A stretch of DNA of 64,000 nucleotides from Piromyces finnis finn. Taxonomy: Eukaryota; Fungi; Neocallimastigomycota. Below the pieces are notes generated by a model. That model was not told the DNA's origin, did no database searches, and worked only from the letters and a program-made list of their open reading frames with translations. Positions 30,858-44,311 of the stretch are shown here, piece after piece. Position 1 is the first letter of the stretch. Each line of letters opens with the position of its first letter. The stretch is taken from contig MCFH01000038.1 in NCBI GenBank assembly GCA_002104945.1, positions 434,001-498,000 of the forward strand, read 5' to 3'. The translations under genes and the position numbers were made by a program.

Positions 30858-33800
30858 TTATAGATGTAGGAAAAAGAATGACGTTATGATAGTCAGTAGT
30901 AAGAAAGTAAAAGATATTTTTATTGATTGATGAGCAGCACTTGGATTACATTTATCAGGATTATCAGAATCATCCGCACAATAGACATAACCCATATTAC
31001 TTACAGAACAAATTTCAGATTCATCAACTTTATTCAAAGTAACATAATTATTAACACAAACTAAATCAAAGGTAGGTTCATGATCTTCAAAATTATAAGT
31101 ACAATTAGTGTAGACAGCTGGAACAACTGGTAAATAGTTACGGCCCTTTTTATATGTTGCTGTGGAATGATTATTCTTTGCAATTTTTTCTACAGCATAT
31201 CTTACTTTAGATGGATAATCATTACTAAGAATAGTAGGGAAGTTTATAATGTATCTTGCTGAATAAACACAATTCTTGGAATTCATGAGATTAAGAATGT
31301 TACCACTTTCGCAACGGTAATAATAGCCATCAATGAAATAGTATTGGCCTAAAACACAAGATTGAATTTTACATACAGTTTCTTCTAATTCCTCAGAATC
31401 ATATTCACAATAATATATTTCACCATTATTAGTAAAGACATAACCAGAATCAGAAATATGACGACATCCATTATTGGAACATTCATACATTTCCTTGTCA
31501 ATGGTATAATAGAAACCTATGTTGACTCTGGATTCTAATTTTATGGCATTATTTATAATACTAAATTTGTAGATATAAAAATCGGTCGGATTGACAGAAA
31601 TGTAGGCATAACCAGATTTCTGAGGAGCTTCCCAAACACCATTTACTAAACGATACATAGTATTAACACTGTCATCATAGTAGTAAATATTTTCTTTTGG
31701 ACTATAGATATCACATCTTTTTTTAACACAACCATAAATAACAATATTCTTTGGTTTAATGGTATAGTCCTTATAATCTGCGGTGTAATTAGTAGATTTT
31801 GATATAATACGATAAGAGGTATGATCAATCATTTTTGCAGAAAATCTATCCATTTGGTAAAGAAATTCAGAGTGACCATAGATATTGGTATCAATACTAT
31901 TACTACGATAACAAAGAGCTGATTCACGAGAAGGAATATTACCCGAGGTTAAAACTAACTCACCCTTATAGGTAATACAAAATTCCTGTTTCACTAAATC
32001 GTATTTTGGAGTACAATGATTACCACCGTAAATACAAATGATATCCTTTGTGTATGGGAAAGAAAATTTTTTAGTGTCAGATGAATACTTTATAATTTTT
32101 TTATTAATGTCAGCAATATAAGTATCAGTTGTTAAGTTATCAACAACGGAACAAGATTGGCCATTACATTTAAATATTTTTGTTCTTTTATCATTATATT
32201 CATCAATGTTAATACCATTTGCTAAAGTATTTGAGATTATATTAATAAAGTAGTAACCAGTATTGACCATTAAAGTGACTCGACTATCATCTAAATGGTA
32301 AATATTAGAACCGGAAGTAAAATAATAGTTTTTATAGGCTTTAGAAACTTCAATACAATTGGTATTCATAGCAGAATTATTATTATTCTCAGTGTTATTA
32401 GATTCAACTATAATTGTACCAGTAGCAAAGTAAAGTTTGGATCTTTCGAGATTTGTACAATAGCCACCAGTAGTTAAAGTAGTCGTAGCGCCTGTCTGAG
32501 AAGCATAAACTGAGGTAATATAACATAAATCATTATTAAATGAGCAGATAGGAATAAGTGCCAATTCAGCAGCACTAAGTTCTCTACAACTTTCCTGATC
32601 ACATATAATAATGTTGTGTATATTTTCTCTTTTTTGAATATAATGTTGTTCTTCTTCTCCAGGAAGGAAGATGTCTATATCATCATCACTTCTTTTAATC
32701 TTCTTTCCAGGGGTGGAACCAGCAGAAATGTAGACACCTACACCAGCTTGAATGGCCTTGCATTCATTTTCATCACAAATTACCAAAGATTTAGCTTCAT
32801 TAGAAACATAGGCACCCTTACTAGTAGCCTCCAATCCACAACTAATATTATCATTATTATTTATACAATGAATAATATATTTGGTGTTGATGGTACCTTT
32901 ATAAGAAGAAAAATAATATCCTTCAGTTGCAGGAATTTCAGCACATTCTAAACGAGAAACACAATTAATCAAAATAGAGGGAGAATAGGTGATGTAATAG
33001 CCTATCGTAGGAGTGATAGCATTACAATTGCCAGAATAGCATTGAATAATTTGTTTTGATGTTGTATTAGCCCCAGCATTTAAATAATAACGGAAGCTAT
33101 TAACAGCTATAAATGAACATTTCGTGGAGGAACTACAGTAAATGACACCTGTTCTTTTATAATCTAAATAGTAACCAACATTTGCTTCTATTGTTTTACA
33201 GTCATTCGATTGACATGAAATTAATTTATTTGAACTATTATCATATCCTTCATTTAACATATAAATATTATTTGGGGTAATTGAATTACACCTGCCATTA
33301 TCATCACAATCTAATACATAGGGATACTTTCCATTGACAGATCTACTTCCATCTAAGTAGTATCCTGCTACAGTGATTGAATTTAGTTCAGAATTATTAC
33401 AATAGAGACCCTTATGATTACTTGCGTCATAGATATACATCTCTTTAGTGCAACTATTAACTGGGATACAACTTGGAATAAAACTGTTACAATTATAGAA
33501 ACTAATTCTAGAATTAAGAGAAATACTTTCAGCATAATTCATGATTCTTTCATTAGTTCTGGTATTAATAGCAATAATACCATCTTCAATAACTAAAGTA
33601 ATTGAGGCATGTGAGATTTTGAAAAGGGTACTAAGAGAGGAAGTAATACCAGGGAAAATATCAGCATTTACAGTGGTATAAACATAATTTTCTTGATCTG
33701 GGTCACTACCGGAGATTACCATATAGGTATCAATTTCTTCTTCATCCAATTCAGTACGAGTTTCATTTAATTCAAAAGGTTTAATAACAAATTGAATTTT

Positions 33801-35620
33801 TGAACTACTAAAACAATAACTACCAGCAGGAATAATAACTTTTTCAGACACAATATTGCAAACGTTGGCTGGTTTCGAAATACATGAGGTTTGACATTCA
33901 ATAACTTCATCACCGTCTTCATTATTAGCATTGATATAAAACCCTGGTGAAGACTTCATAGCTGAACAGAGAGTTGTACTAGAACAATAAATTAAACTGT
34001 AATATTTATTATTTGTATAGGTGGCTTGATCAAGAAAGTAACCTACATTTGCTTCTATTGATTTACAGAGTATATCTGAACAACGAATTATCGGTTTACT
34101 GGTTGCATCTTCTTGACTGTTAACGTAATAACCTTCTTCTACATTTTCAATGATAACGCAAGAATGTTCTGAGGTACAACTAATTAAAGAATTTGTGTTT
34201 TTATATGTATAATAATCACCAGATGTGACCTCAATTGTTGAACATGTATTTTTGCCAGTATTATCAACAGAACAATATATTAAGGGGTAACGGTATTTAT
34301 CAGCACCACCATTAAGGTAATAACCAGTCATAGTATCATCTACCTTCCAAACAGATGAATCATAAATAATTAAATGAGAATCAAAAGAAACATAATGATT
34401 ATTTTCATCCGCTCCTACTTCGTCACAAGAGGTTTTTTCATTACAATATATTAATGGTTTACTTGTACTGGCACCACTATTAATATAATAAACATTATCA
34501 TTTTCAATTTCAATTTCTTCATATTTATTTGTTGATGAATATTTAATTATTGGTTTTGTTGTTTTTTTAAAACCCGCATTAAGAAAATAGGAATTATCTT
34601 GAGGATCAGAACTTTCTTTATATTCCACCTTACAACCATAGTCACTTGAACATAAAATAATTGCATGTATTACATTACTATTAGTAGTATCATATTCACC
34701 TCCAAGATAATATCCTTCAGAAGCGTAAATTCCGTTATAGTCAATAGCATCGTTGGGAATAACTTTACGAACTGAACAACCTTCTTCAGAAGAACAATCA
34801 ATTAATCCATCATTATCATCCATGGTAAAAACAAAATAAGGATAAGTGGTAATATCTGAAATTTCTACTATTTCATCAGTTTTATATGTTAATACTTTGG
34901 ATGGTTCATCAGATTTTACATAATATTTATTTAATATATTTGATATACTAACTAATTCACAAGCATTAACGTTAGTACATATTAATATATCGTCAGTTCC
35001 AATTAAATATGCTTGGTTTGCATCAGTAGTCATTATTTTATATTCATTAGAAGTATATTTAATAACTTGGGTTCCTCCACCATATTTATTTATATAGTTA
35101 CCATTTGTTGAAATAGGAGTAAATTTGACTTCATTTTCTGAATTATATGTAAAACCTATCACAATAGTTGCTTTTGATATTAAAGATGATATAATTTCAC
35201 CTTTATCATTAATGAAAACATTTTCGCCATTACTAACACCAACTATTGTTCCTGTTTCTTCCAAAGAATTTAAATTAGTACATTTACTTTTATAAAATAC
35301 AAGTTTGTTGTCCTTAATACAATATTTATTATATTTGTTAGAATCGCAATTACAATCAATTGGTGTTGCTGTTTTTGCTTTGTGAATAATAAAGTATATT
35401 AAAAAGTGAAATAAAATAAATTTATTCCTAAAAATAAATATAGCATCCAATTTTTAATAGATTAAATATATCAATATCAATAATTAAAACACATATATAT
35501 ATTATCAATTATAAATAATATTTATAAATATGATTGAAGAATTATTAAAATAATATAATATTATATATATATATACCATAATAATGTAAAAATAGGAAGA
35601 TTTCGATATTTAATATTCAT
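30858..35620 (-). CDS. Fungal cellulosome scaffoldin-like surface protein (Cys/Tyr-rich GYY-LIxC repeats, signal peptide, C-terminal hydrophobic anchor)
   Basis: Dozens of GY(Y/F)xNxG..(L/I)IxCxxxxC repeats and a hydrophobic C-terminus (ISFTFLLLTIITSFFFLHL). The ORF track starts on TTG. A 44 nt exon 1 (35620-35577, MNIKYRNLPIFTLL) spliced GT..AG to 35427 keeps frame and gives a proper ATG and hydrophobic leader. Confidence 0.8.
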
Positions 35621-38227
35621 ATTTATCTAATATTACAATAATGAAATTTCTTTTATATAAAATAACTATAGTATATATCTTTTTTTAATATTTCAGTTAA
35701 TATTATAAAATTTTTCTGATTTTTTGTTTTTGTTTTGTTTTTTTAATTGAGAGAAAATGAATATATTAGTTTTATTGTTAAGTATCCCAATATTCAAAAT
35801 TATATATATATATCAAAATATATAAAATAATTAATTTAATAAAAATAAAAACATATAATAAAAGCTATGTAAATAAAAAGAAATAATTACCTTTTAATAG
35901 TCTTTTATTTTTAATATTTACTTTTTGTGTATATTTATGTTTTATTGGTGTTTGTTTGTTTTTTCTAAAGTTATTATCTTTTTCAATTTACTCTAACTTT
36001 TTAAAATATATATATATCATTTCTTTTCTTTTGAAAAAAAAAAAAAAAAATATTGAAAATGAAAATCTTAAATTAGAATAAATATTAAGAATTACTATTA
36101 TTTAACGATATTTAAAGTAATTTCAAATGTTCTAATCGAATAATTATAAAATGAAATGTTAAGAAAATATATCTTAAGTAATTTTTAATAAAAATATTCA
36201 CTTTTTTTTAAAAAAAAAATAATTGTATGAATTTATTATTCTTTTATTTTAAACTCATGATATTATATTTTAATATATTAATTAATGTTTTTTAGTTTTC
36301 CTTATTGTAATAATAAAGTAAAATGAAATAAAAAAAAAAGGAATATTTTTTTTTTTACTAATAATACAAAAGCAAAATCAAAATAATAGAATTTTTATTT
36401 CTTTTTTTTTTTTTTTTTAATTTTGTTGTTGTTTTCTTTGGTTGTTCAAAATTTTTAATTAAAAGCTAAAAAATAAAAAAAAAATTTGCATGCGCATTAA
36501 ACTTTAAATTATAATAAAAAGTACAATGATTGTTTTTATTTTCAAAATGATGATTATTATGTTTTTTATTATTAAAAAAGATAATTAAAAAAAAAAAAAA
36601 AATAACATATCATTACTTTTTACTTTAGCTTTATTTCCAGTTTATTTATTAAATAAAAATTTTACCAAAAACAACTAGTAAAAAAAAAAAAAAACAATCT
36701 TAAAATATAAAAATATAAAACAAGGATAAATCTACAATATTGATTTTATATACCTAAGTCTTACTTTTTTTAATTGTAAAATAATATTTTTATTTAATTA
36801 AAAAATTAAAGTAAACTCTTAATTAATTTTTTTTAAAAAAAAAAAAAGTATATGATTTAATCTTTTTGGTTTTATTATTAATATTCAAAACAAAACCTTT
36901 TCTTCTAATAGAATTAAAATAAAATCAATACTATCTATAAAAATAAACATTCTTTTTTATAAATTGTAAACATTATGAATTATAATAATGAAATCATATA
37001 TATTTTTATATTTTTATTCAGTTATGTTCATATTTTTGATTATATATCTAAAAAGTAATAAATAATAAAATAATTGATTATTCCTTTTTTTTTTTTTTTT
37101 TTTTTTTTTTTTGTTTATTAAAATAAAAGTTTAATAATTTTAATTTTACGAAAATGAAATAAATAAAGAATGTATAAAATAATAGAATTTCAAGATATAT
37201 TAAACTATAAGAACATAAGAATATCATTGATAAAAAAAAAAAAAGAAAAGAAATTATATATGTTATTATGTCATTATAATAGAATAACTAAGTCTTTTTT
37301 TTTTTTGTAATATTTAAAAATTAAAATATATATTTGTATATCAATCTTAGTTTAAAGATTTTATTTTCATAATAAAACTGCGTAGTATTTATATATAGAA
37401 ACTTAACCTTAATTTCGAAATTTTATTTAATGTTATTATTTATTATTATTTATAGTATTAGTGTTATTATGATAAATTAAATGTTTTTAAAAATACTTAT
37501 ATTTAATTGTAATAAATTGCAAGATAAAAAGAAAAGATAAACTGTAATATGCTTTTTTTTTTTTAAAAATATATATACAAATATAATAAATATTATTATT
37601 ACTATTACAAAAATATAAAGATATTAATATTTCAATCTTTTTTTTTTTCTGCATTTTCATGAACATTAGTTATATAGGTTAAGGAATAGGTTAAGGAATA
37701 GTTTATGTTTTGAAATTTTTTTTTTTTTTTCATTTCAATAAAGACTATTATTAAAATTATAATAAATAATATTATAAAATATATTATTTTGTTTTTCATA
37801 ATAGTTATGAGTATAAATAATAGTTTTTTATAAAAGCTATTTTAAATGTAAAAATTATAAACATAAAAACCAATATGCCAAATATTTTAAAATTATTTTT
37901 ATTCTTCTTTTTTTGAATCATTAAAAGTAAATGAATTGTAGTATGAAGATTAAATCTTAAATAAAAGAATATTGTACTTAAAATAAATATAATATTTATT
38001 TCTCTCGCCTTTTTTGACCATATTACAAATGTTTTTTTATATTGTTTGATACTACTTCTAGTAAAAAATTGATTCTTAAATCTTTTTTTTTTTTTTTTAA
38101 TTTCTTAATCTTTTTTTATAAATTAAAAATAAATTAAAAATTTTTATTTTATTTATATTTAAAAAAGTGTAAAATCAATCTTTTAAAATAATAAACAAAA
38201 TAAATAAAATAAATAAATAAATAAAGA

Positions 38228-39675
38228 ATGGTAAATTAAAAATAATGAAAAACAAAGAAAAGAATAAATTATATGTTTTTACTTTTAATTACATATTATT
38301 TTACTATAATAAAAGAATATATTGTTTTTAATATTTTTTATAATTAAAGAAAAAAGAGAGATATTTATTCTAATTATATAGTATTATTGAACAAATATAT
38401 CAAAATTAACATTTTCATTTTTTATTCAATACACTTTTCATTTTATATAATTGATAATATTATATGTATAAATTATTTTTATAGAATACCAACGTTTTTA
38501 AAATTGACCCAGAACTTACCAAGTCTATTAAAAAGTTCAGAACTAGAAGAAGCAAGAATCACACTGCTTTATTAAGTAAAATGAAAAAAAAAAAATTCTT
38601 TTAATATAAATTACTATATTCAATTTCAAATTATTAATTATTGTTTTCATTTTTTTTTTTTATTTTAATAATATACAACTTTGGTATATAAATTGAAAAT
38701 TATATTCATTATTATTATATATAATTTTTTTATTGATACTTTAAAATTAATTATTTTTATTATAATTACTATTCTGTGATGAAATTCCAACATTTCGAAA
38801 TGTCAAAATTACAGTTAGAATTGATGAAGATAATCTTGTCATCGAAGAAGTAGATATATAAAGAAAAAAATTCGTTTTAATATTTGTTTTTTTTAAATGT
38901 TAATAAAATTCTTTATTTTATTTTCATTGTTTTTTTTTTTTTTTTTTTTTACAAAATGATAGGATGAATTAATTGAAGATGTTGACCTTGATAATTTCTG
39001 TGATGAATTACCAGATGTAGATCCAAGATATCCTTTTCATAATTAATAGTGTTAAATTTAATTAATATATATTCACTTTTTTCATAAATTCTATTATCTA
39101 ATTTAGTATCTTTAACTTTTTAATTTTTTTTTTTTTAATTTGTTCTTTTTGGGTGTTTACATATATTCTCTTATCTTATAATAGAGTTCATGAAGATGGT
39201 CGTCTTTCAAATCCATTGATTTTCATTTGTTATATTCCAGAAGGTTTATAATTTTAAATATTAATTTATTTTTTTTTTCAAATATATAAATCATCAAAAT
39301 ATATTAAGATATAATATCAATAATAATGGAAAATGATATATTCATTATTTTTTTTAATTGGCGATATTATTAAAATAAAGCATTACTTATTGTTTTTTAT
39401 TTTTTATATATATATATAATTTTTTTCTAATATACATTCACTACTCTCTTCCAACTTTTTAGGTATTCCAACTCAAACTACTATGCTTTATAGTTCTGCC
39501 AAGAATCTTGTTCAAAATGAATCCTTAATTAACGGAAAAGTAATAACTAATCCTTTTTATTCCTATTTTATACTTTATTTATTAATACTTTCATTTTATT
39601 AATTATATTTCATAGGCTCTTGAATTAAGAGATGCTACTGATTTTGATGAAGAATGGTTACTTTCTCAAATTTAA
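38228..39675 (+). CDS. gmf1: Glia maturation factor (ADF-H/cofilin fold, Arp2/3 regulator), 7 exons
   Basis: Exons 38228-38230 (ATG only), 38485-38575, 38815-38849, 38963-39027, 39161-39243, 39463-39539 and 39616-39675. They give ..KKFRTRRSKNHTALLIRID..DELPDVDPRYILLSYNRVHEDGRLSNPLIFICYIPEG..MLYSSAKNLV..LELRDATDFDEEWL, matching the GMF consensus. Confidence 0.92.
39028..39160 (+). other. U12-type (minor spliceosome) AT-AC intron
   Basis: 5' end ATATCCTTTT (U12 consensus RTATCCTTT), 3' end TTTAC and candidate branch site TCTTTAAC at 39109-39116. Removing it restores the conserved PR|YILLSY motif in frame. Confidence 0.88.
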
Positions 39676-40355
39676 GTGGCCTTCTCGCATCTTAAAGATT
39701 TATTTTGTCGTTATTTTTAAATAATAAAAGCAAGCATTATCTCTTGATACTAAAAAAAAAAAGGGGGATATATTTCATAAATAGTTATTAATGATATATC
39801 TATAATAATAATTATAATAATTTAAAATAAGATTCATATTATTTTCTAGTTTATTTTTTCATTATTAAAACATTAATGAAAAAAAAAAAGGGTCGAATTA
39901 GTAGTATTTCAAGTAAAAACCTACCTCACTTTACAATAAAATAACTTTAAAAATAAATGAATAAATAAATAAAATAAATAAATTTTAAATAAATTAATTC
40001 ATTTCAATTTAATTATATATAATATATAATTAATAATAAAAATATTTTTTTATATCCCAACAATTAAATAATAATTTTATTCTACTTTAAAATTATTTAA
40101 AAAATTGAGTTCCTTGTTGTTTTAAATTATATATTTCAATATTTAAAATTTGAAATTCGATTTCATATTAAAAACCATTTTGATAAAGGATTTTTATTTT
40201 AATATATAATAACTATATATAAAAGAAAAGAAAGATTTTAAATTTATGTATATGTAATAAATAGAATAAAATAAAATAAAAATAAAAAATATTAAAATTA
40301 TTATACAAATTAAAATTTCAAAGAAAAATAAAAATTTAAATTTTAAAAAATTTAA

Positions 40356-43169
40356 ATGGGCTTAACCAATAGCCAAAGAAGATTTAATAATGAAAGACTT
40401 CAAATTGAATATGATAGTTATATAGCAAAGAAGATTCAGGAAGAAGAGCAAAAACAATATGAGGAACGAAAAAAAATTGAACAGGATGACTTTGAATTTG
40501 CAAAAAAGTTACAAGAAGAGGAAAAACAACTATCGTCTCAAATAACATCTTCATTATTGCAAAATAAAAATGGACAATTTATTAATATGATTGACTTGAC
40601 ACAAATTGATGTAAATAATACTAGGATATATAACAAAGATAAAAATCATCATTCACCTATAAAAAATCAACAACCGAAAGTAAATTTACATGAAAATAAA
40701 GGTAGTAATAAAATTAAAAGTGAAAATAAGATAGGAACAAATATAGTAAGAAAAAGAGAAATCATAGATGAAAAATCTGATTTTGAAATAAAGAAAAAAG
40801 TTAAAATTGAAAAGGCTAAGGATACAAGAAATAATAGATTTGATGCTAATAGTAGTTTTGGTAAAAAAGAAATAGATATTAATATTGAGAAAACGATAGA
40901 GAGCCATTCTATTAGGAAAGAAAAAAATAAACACTTGGAACAACAACAACAAAATTTGTTGATAAGAAATGTCATTTCTAATTATAATTTAAATCATAGA
41001 CCTAAAAAAGAAATTTCAAATGTATTGACAGACATAAAAACAGAGTTAATTAATAATAAGATGCAACAATTGAAATCAATGGGTGTTTATTCCAATGTTA
41101 ATCAAAACCCGTTGAAAAATATTTCGCATGTTGAAAAAGATGATTTAACCAAGTCATTACCAACAGTAAATAGTTTATTGAAAAAATTTAATACCAAAAA
41201 TATAAATAATAATCAACCATTAACCAATAATAATATTAAAGGAAAAGCAATACAAAGCTTCAGTGATGAAATGTTAAGTGAACAGCTTCAACGAGAGGAG
41301 GTATTAATAAATAGTCTAAGTGACCAACCATTTAATCCTCAAAAATCAGATGTGCCAACATCTTCTATGGATAAAGTAAAAGAGATAATTTTAGAACAGG
41401 AACGTCTTTTACAAGAATATAATAGAAAAAGAAAGGGAAAAGAAAGGGATGAAAGAGATAGCCCTATTAAAAGTGTTGTACCCATTAATAATTTAAAGGT
41501 TAATCACACTGCTTCCTTAAAAAAATTTAATGCTAATAGTATTAATGAATTGGATGATCCTTGTCCGGATTTACACCAACTCTTTCTTTTATTTAATGCG
41601 CAATATTTTCATCACAAATTAGATAGTGTGGAAGTGAGGTGGTCAAAACGTATGACCCTTTGTGCTGGTATATGTTATTACTATCCGGGTGGCTATTGTT
41701 CTGTACGGTTAAGTGAACCCCTTTTGAAATTCAGAACACGAGGTAAGATATTTTACAAATATTAATGTTTTATACCTTTTTATATCATTTTATTTATTTT
41801 TTAAAATTTAGTATAATTGACAATATATATTTGATTATTAATTAATTATCATATAGATGATTTCATAAATACACTTCTTCATGAAATGGTAAAATATTTA
41901 TTGTATTTTAGTATAATAATAAAAGTAATTTTTAATTAAAATAATAATAATATGTTAAACATTTATTAGATTCATGCTTATTTATTTTTAACTGAAGGTA
42001 ATAAGGATCATGATGGACATGGTGAAAGTTTTCATCGCATTATGTATAAATTAAATAAAGAAACCGGATCAAATATCACAGTATATCATAATTTTCATAA
42101 TGAAGTAAATCATTATAGGACACATGTATGGCGATGTAATGGGTAAATATTTATTACAACAAAGAAAGTCATCTTTCTTTACTAAATATTATAGACTTTA
42201 TATATTTTAAAATACATTTTTAAATTATTTAATATTTTTTTTTTCTTTTTTCAATCTATTTTTTTTTATTTGACATTTTCTAGTCCATGTCGTAATAGAC
42301 CTCCATTCTTTGGTTATGTAAGACGTTCCATGAACCGTAAACCTCAGAAAGCAGATCATTGGTGGCGGCAACATCAAATGACTTGTGGTGGTGAATTTAT
42401 AAAGATTTCTGAACCAGAAGAATATACCCGTAAACGTTTAAAGAAACAACAAAAGGATGGAAGTGATACTATGATAGACAAAACACTCTTAAATCAACCT
42501 TCTACATCCGATTTTGATAACTTTCAACGATTAAAAACTATCAACACTACTACTATTTCAAAGCCAAGATCAACTCAAATCACAAAGCCTACTAATTTCA
42601 TTAAATCTGTTAATCAAATTAAACCTACTCAATTAACGAAACCTACCCTAACAAAACCAAAGCCTAGACTTTTTAACCCCACTAAAGTTAATAGTCCTAA
42701 TCACAGTAAACCTGATCTTTCTTTCCGAACCAAAATTTTTGATCCTCGAACAAAACGAGAATTTGACGGTGGTGGCCATTTTATTCAAGCTCATGCTGAT
42801 GATGAAATTGATGATGGTACAAATGATTTTAGTAATCATAATATTCTTCGTCACCCTACTAATACCAGAAGTTTTGGTGGAACCAGCGGTAAACTTTTTG
42901 GTAGAAGTGGTAATGTCCATGGTTTTAAAGATAAAAAAAATACATCTTCTTCTATTACTACTACTTCCAAGCCAGGAAGTAATATACATGGTTTTGGTAG
43001 CTTGAAAAAAACTGTTTCTAATACCGTTTCAACTTCTAAACCAGGAAGTAATATTCATGGTTTTAGTAGTTTTAAGAAAAACAATTCTAATACAACCAAC
43101 TCCACAAAAAAGAATAAAACCTCTGGTAGTAATAAAAGTATCTATGACTTTTTAAAAAGAAAGAAATAG
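40356..43169 (+). CDS. SPRTN: SprT-domain metalloprotease, Spartan/DVC1-like DNA-protein crosslink repair protease, 4 exons
   Basis: DPCPDLHQLFLLFNAQYF..VEVRWSKRMTLCAGIC..SVRLSEPLLKFR, then HExxH (LLHEM|IHAY), DHDGHG, TVYHNFH, HVWRCNG|PC..PPFFGYVRRSMNRKP..DHWWRQHQMTCGGEFIK. Confidence 0.93.
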
Positions 43170-44311
43170 ATTTTTAAATATCAAAAACAATTTTCTACAT
43201 AATTTTGATATCAACAAAACCTTCAAACTTATATACGTTTACAATTCAATTTTAATTTGTATATTATATTGTTACCGTTAGCTATATATTTTATTTTTTT
43301 TTTTATATCTTCATTCGTCTCTTTGTAAAAATAAAGAATGAAATATTTATTTTGTAATATTTTATAGTAACATTTTTTCTAAAAAGTTAAATACTTATAT
43401 TAGAATCATTATCATTATTGTCATAACATCTACTATCTATTAAAATTATTGTTAAAAAAAGTTATTTCATAATTATTTTATTTTATATAATAAAAGTTTT
43501 CTTTTTTCTTGTGTTTTTTTTTTTTTAATAAAATTTTTATATTATTTAAAGTTACATAATTAAAAATTAAAATATTAAAAAAAAAAATTTCATATGGTTA
43601 AAAATAATAATAAAAATAAAATAAAATAAAAATTATAAAGATTATGAGAAAGAATAAAAAAAAAAGTGTTATAAATAAAATATAAAATAAGTATTGGTTT
43701 AATAATGCTTTGTTTTTATTATAAAACTTGTATATTTTGAGTAGTTTTTTTTTTATAGGTATTTGAACTTTTTTTTTTTTAGTATTAAAAACATTTTCAA
43801 TAATTAAAATTTTAATTAAATTTCATTTAAATTTTTTTAATTTGAAATTTATATAAAAATTTTTTATTTTTAATTATTAAATTATTTTTTTTTTGTTGAC
43901 ATTTATTAAAAAAAAAAAAAAAAGTATTCTCCATTTTTGAATAATAGAAGATAAACCAACAAACAAACAAAAAAAAAAACAACAAAACAATATAAATTAT
44001 CACTTTTATAATAATATTATTAAAATAAAGTAAATATTTATATATATAAAAAAGAAGAAAAAAAGAAATAAAATCTTAAATTTTTTATAATTTAAAAATA
44101 AAAGAAAAACATCGAACTTTCATTTTATTTATATTTTTAAAAAATAAAAAAAATGTCAAAAATATAAACAATCTATACTAATGAATACATCTATCTTTAT
44201 TAATAATATATATATTGTCACTCAATAATTAATATTATATATTTATTATCAACATTTTTATTTTCTTATTAATATTTCAATATTAATATATATATATATA
44301 TAAAAGTCAAA

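Noticed and set aside
35428-35450. TTG-initiated start MDAIFIF of the scaffoldin ORF
   Set aside because: This segment is best read as the end of intron 1; an upstream ATG exon splices in frame.
38774-38814. Box C/D snoRNA in GMF intron 2 (GTGATGA box C-like)
   Set aside because: There is no CTGA box D or terminal stem within the intron.
39017-39186. Alternative GT-AG parse of GMF intron 4 (GTAGAT donor at 39017 to AG at 39184 or 39186)
   Set aside because: It gives an immediate stop or frameshift and deletes the conserved PRYILLSY motif.
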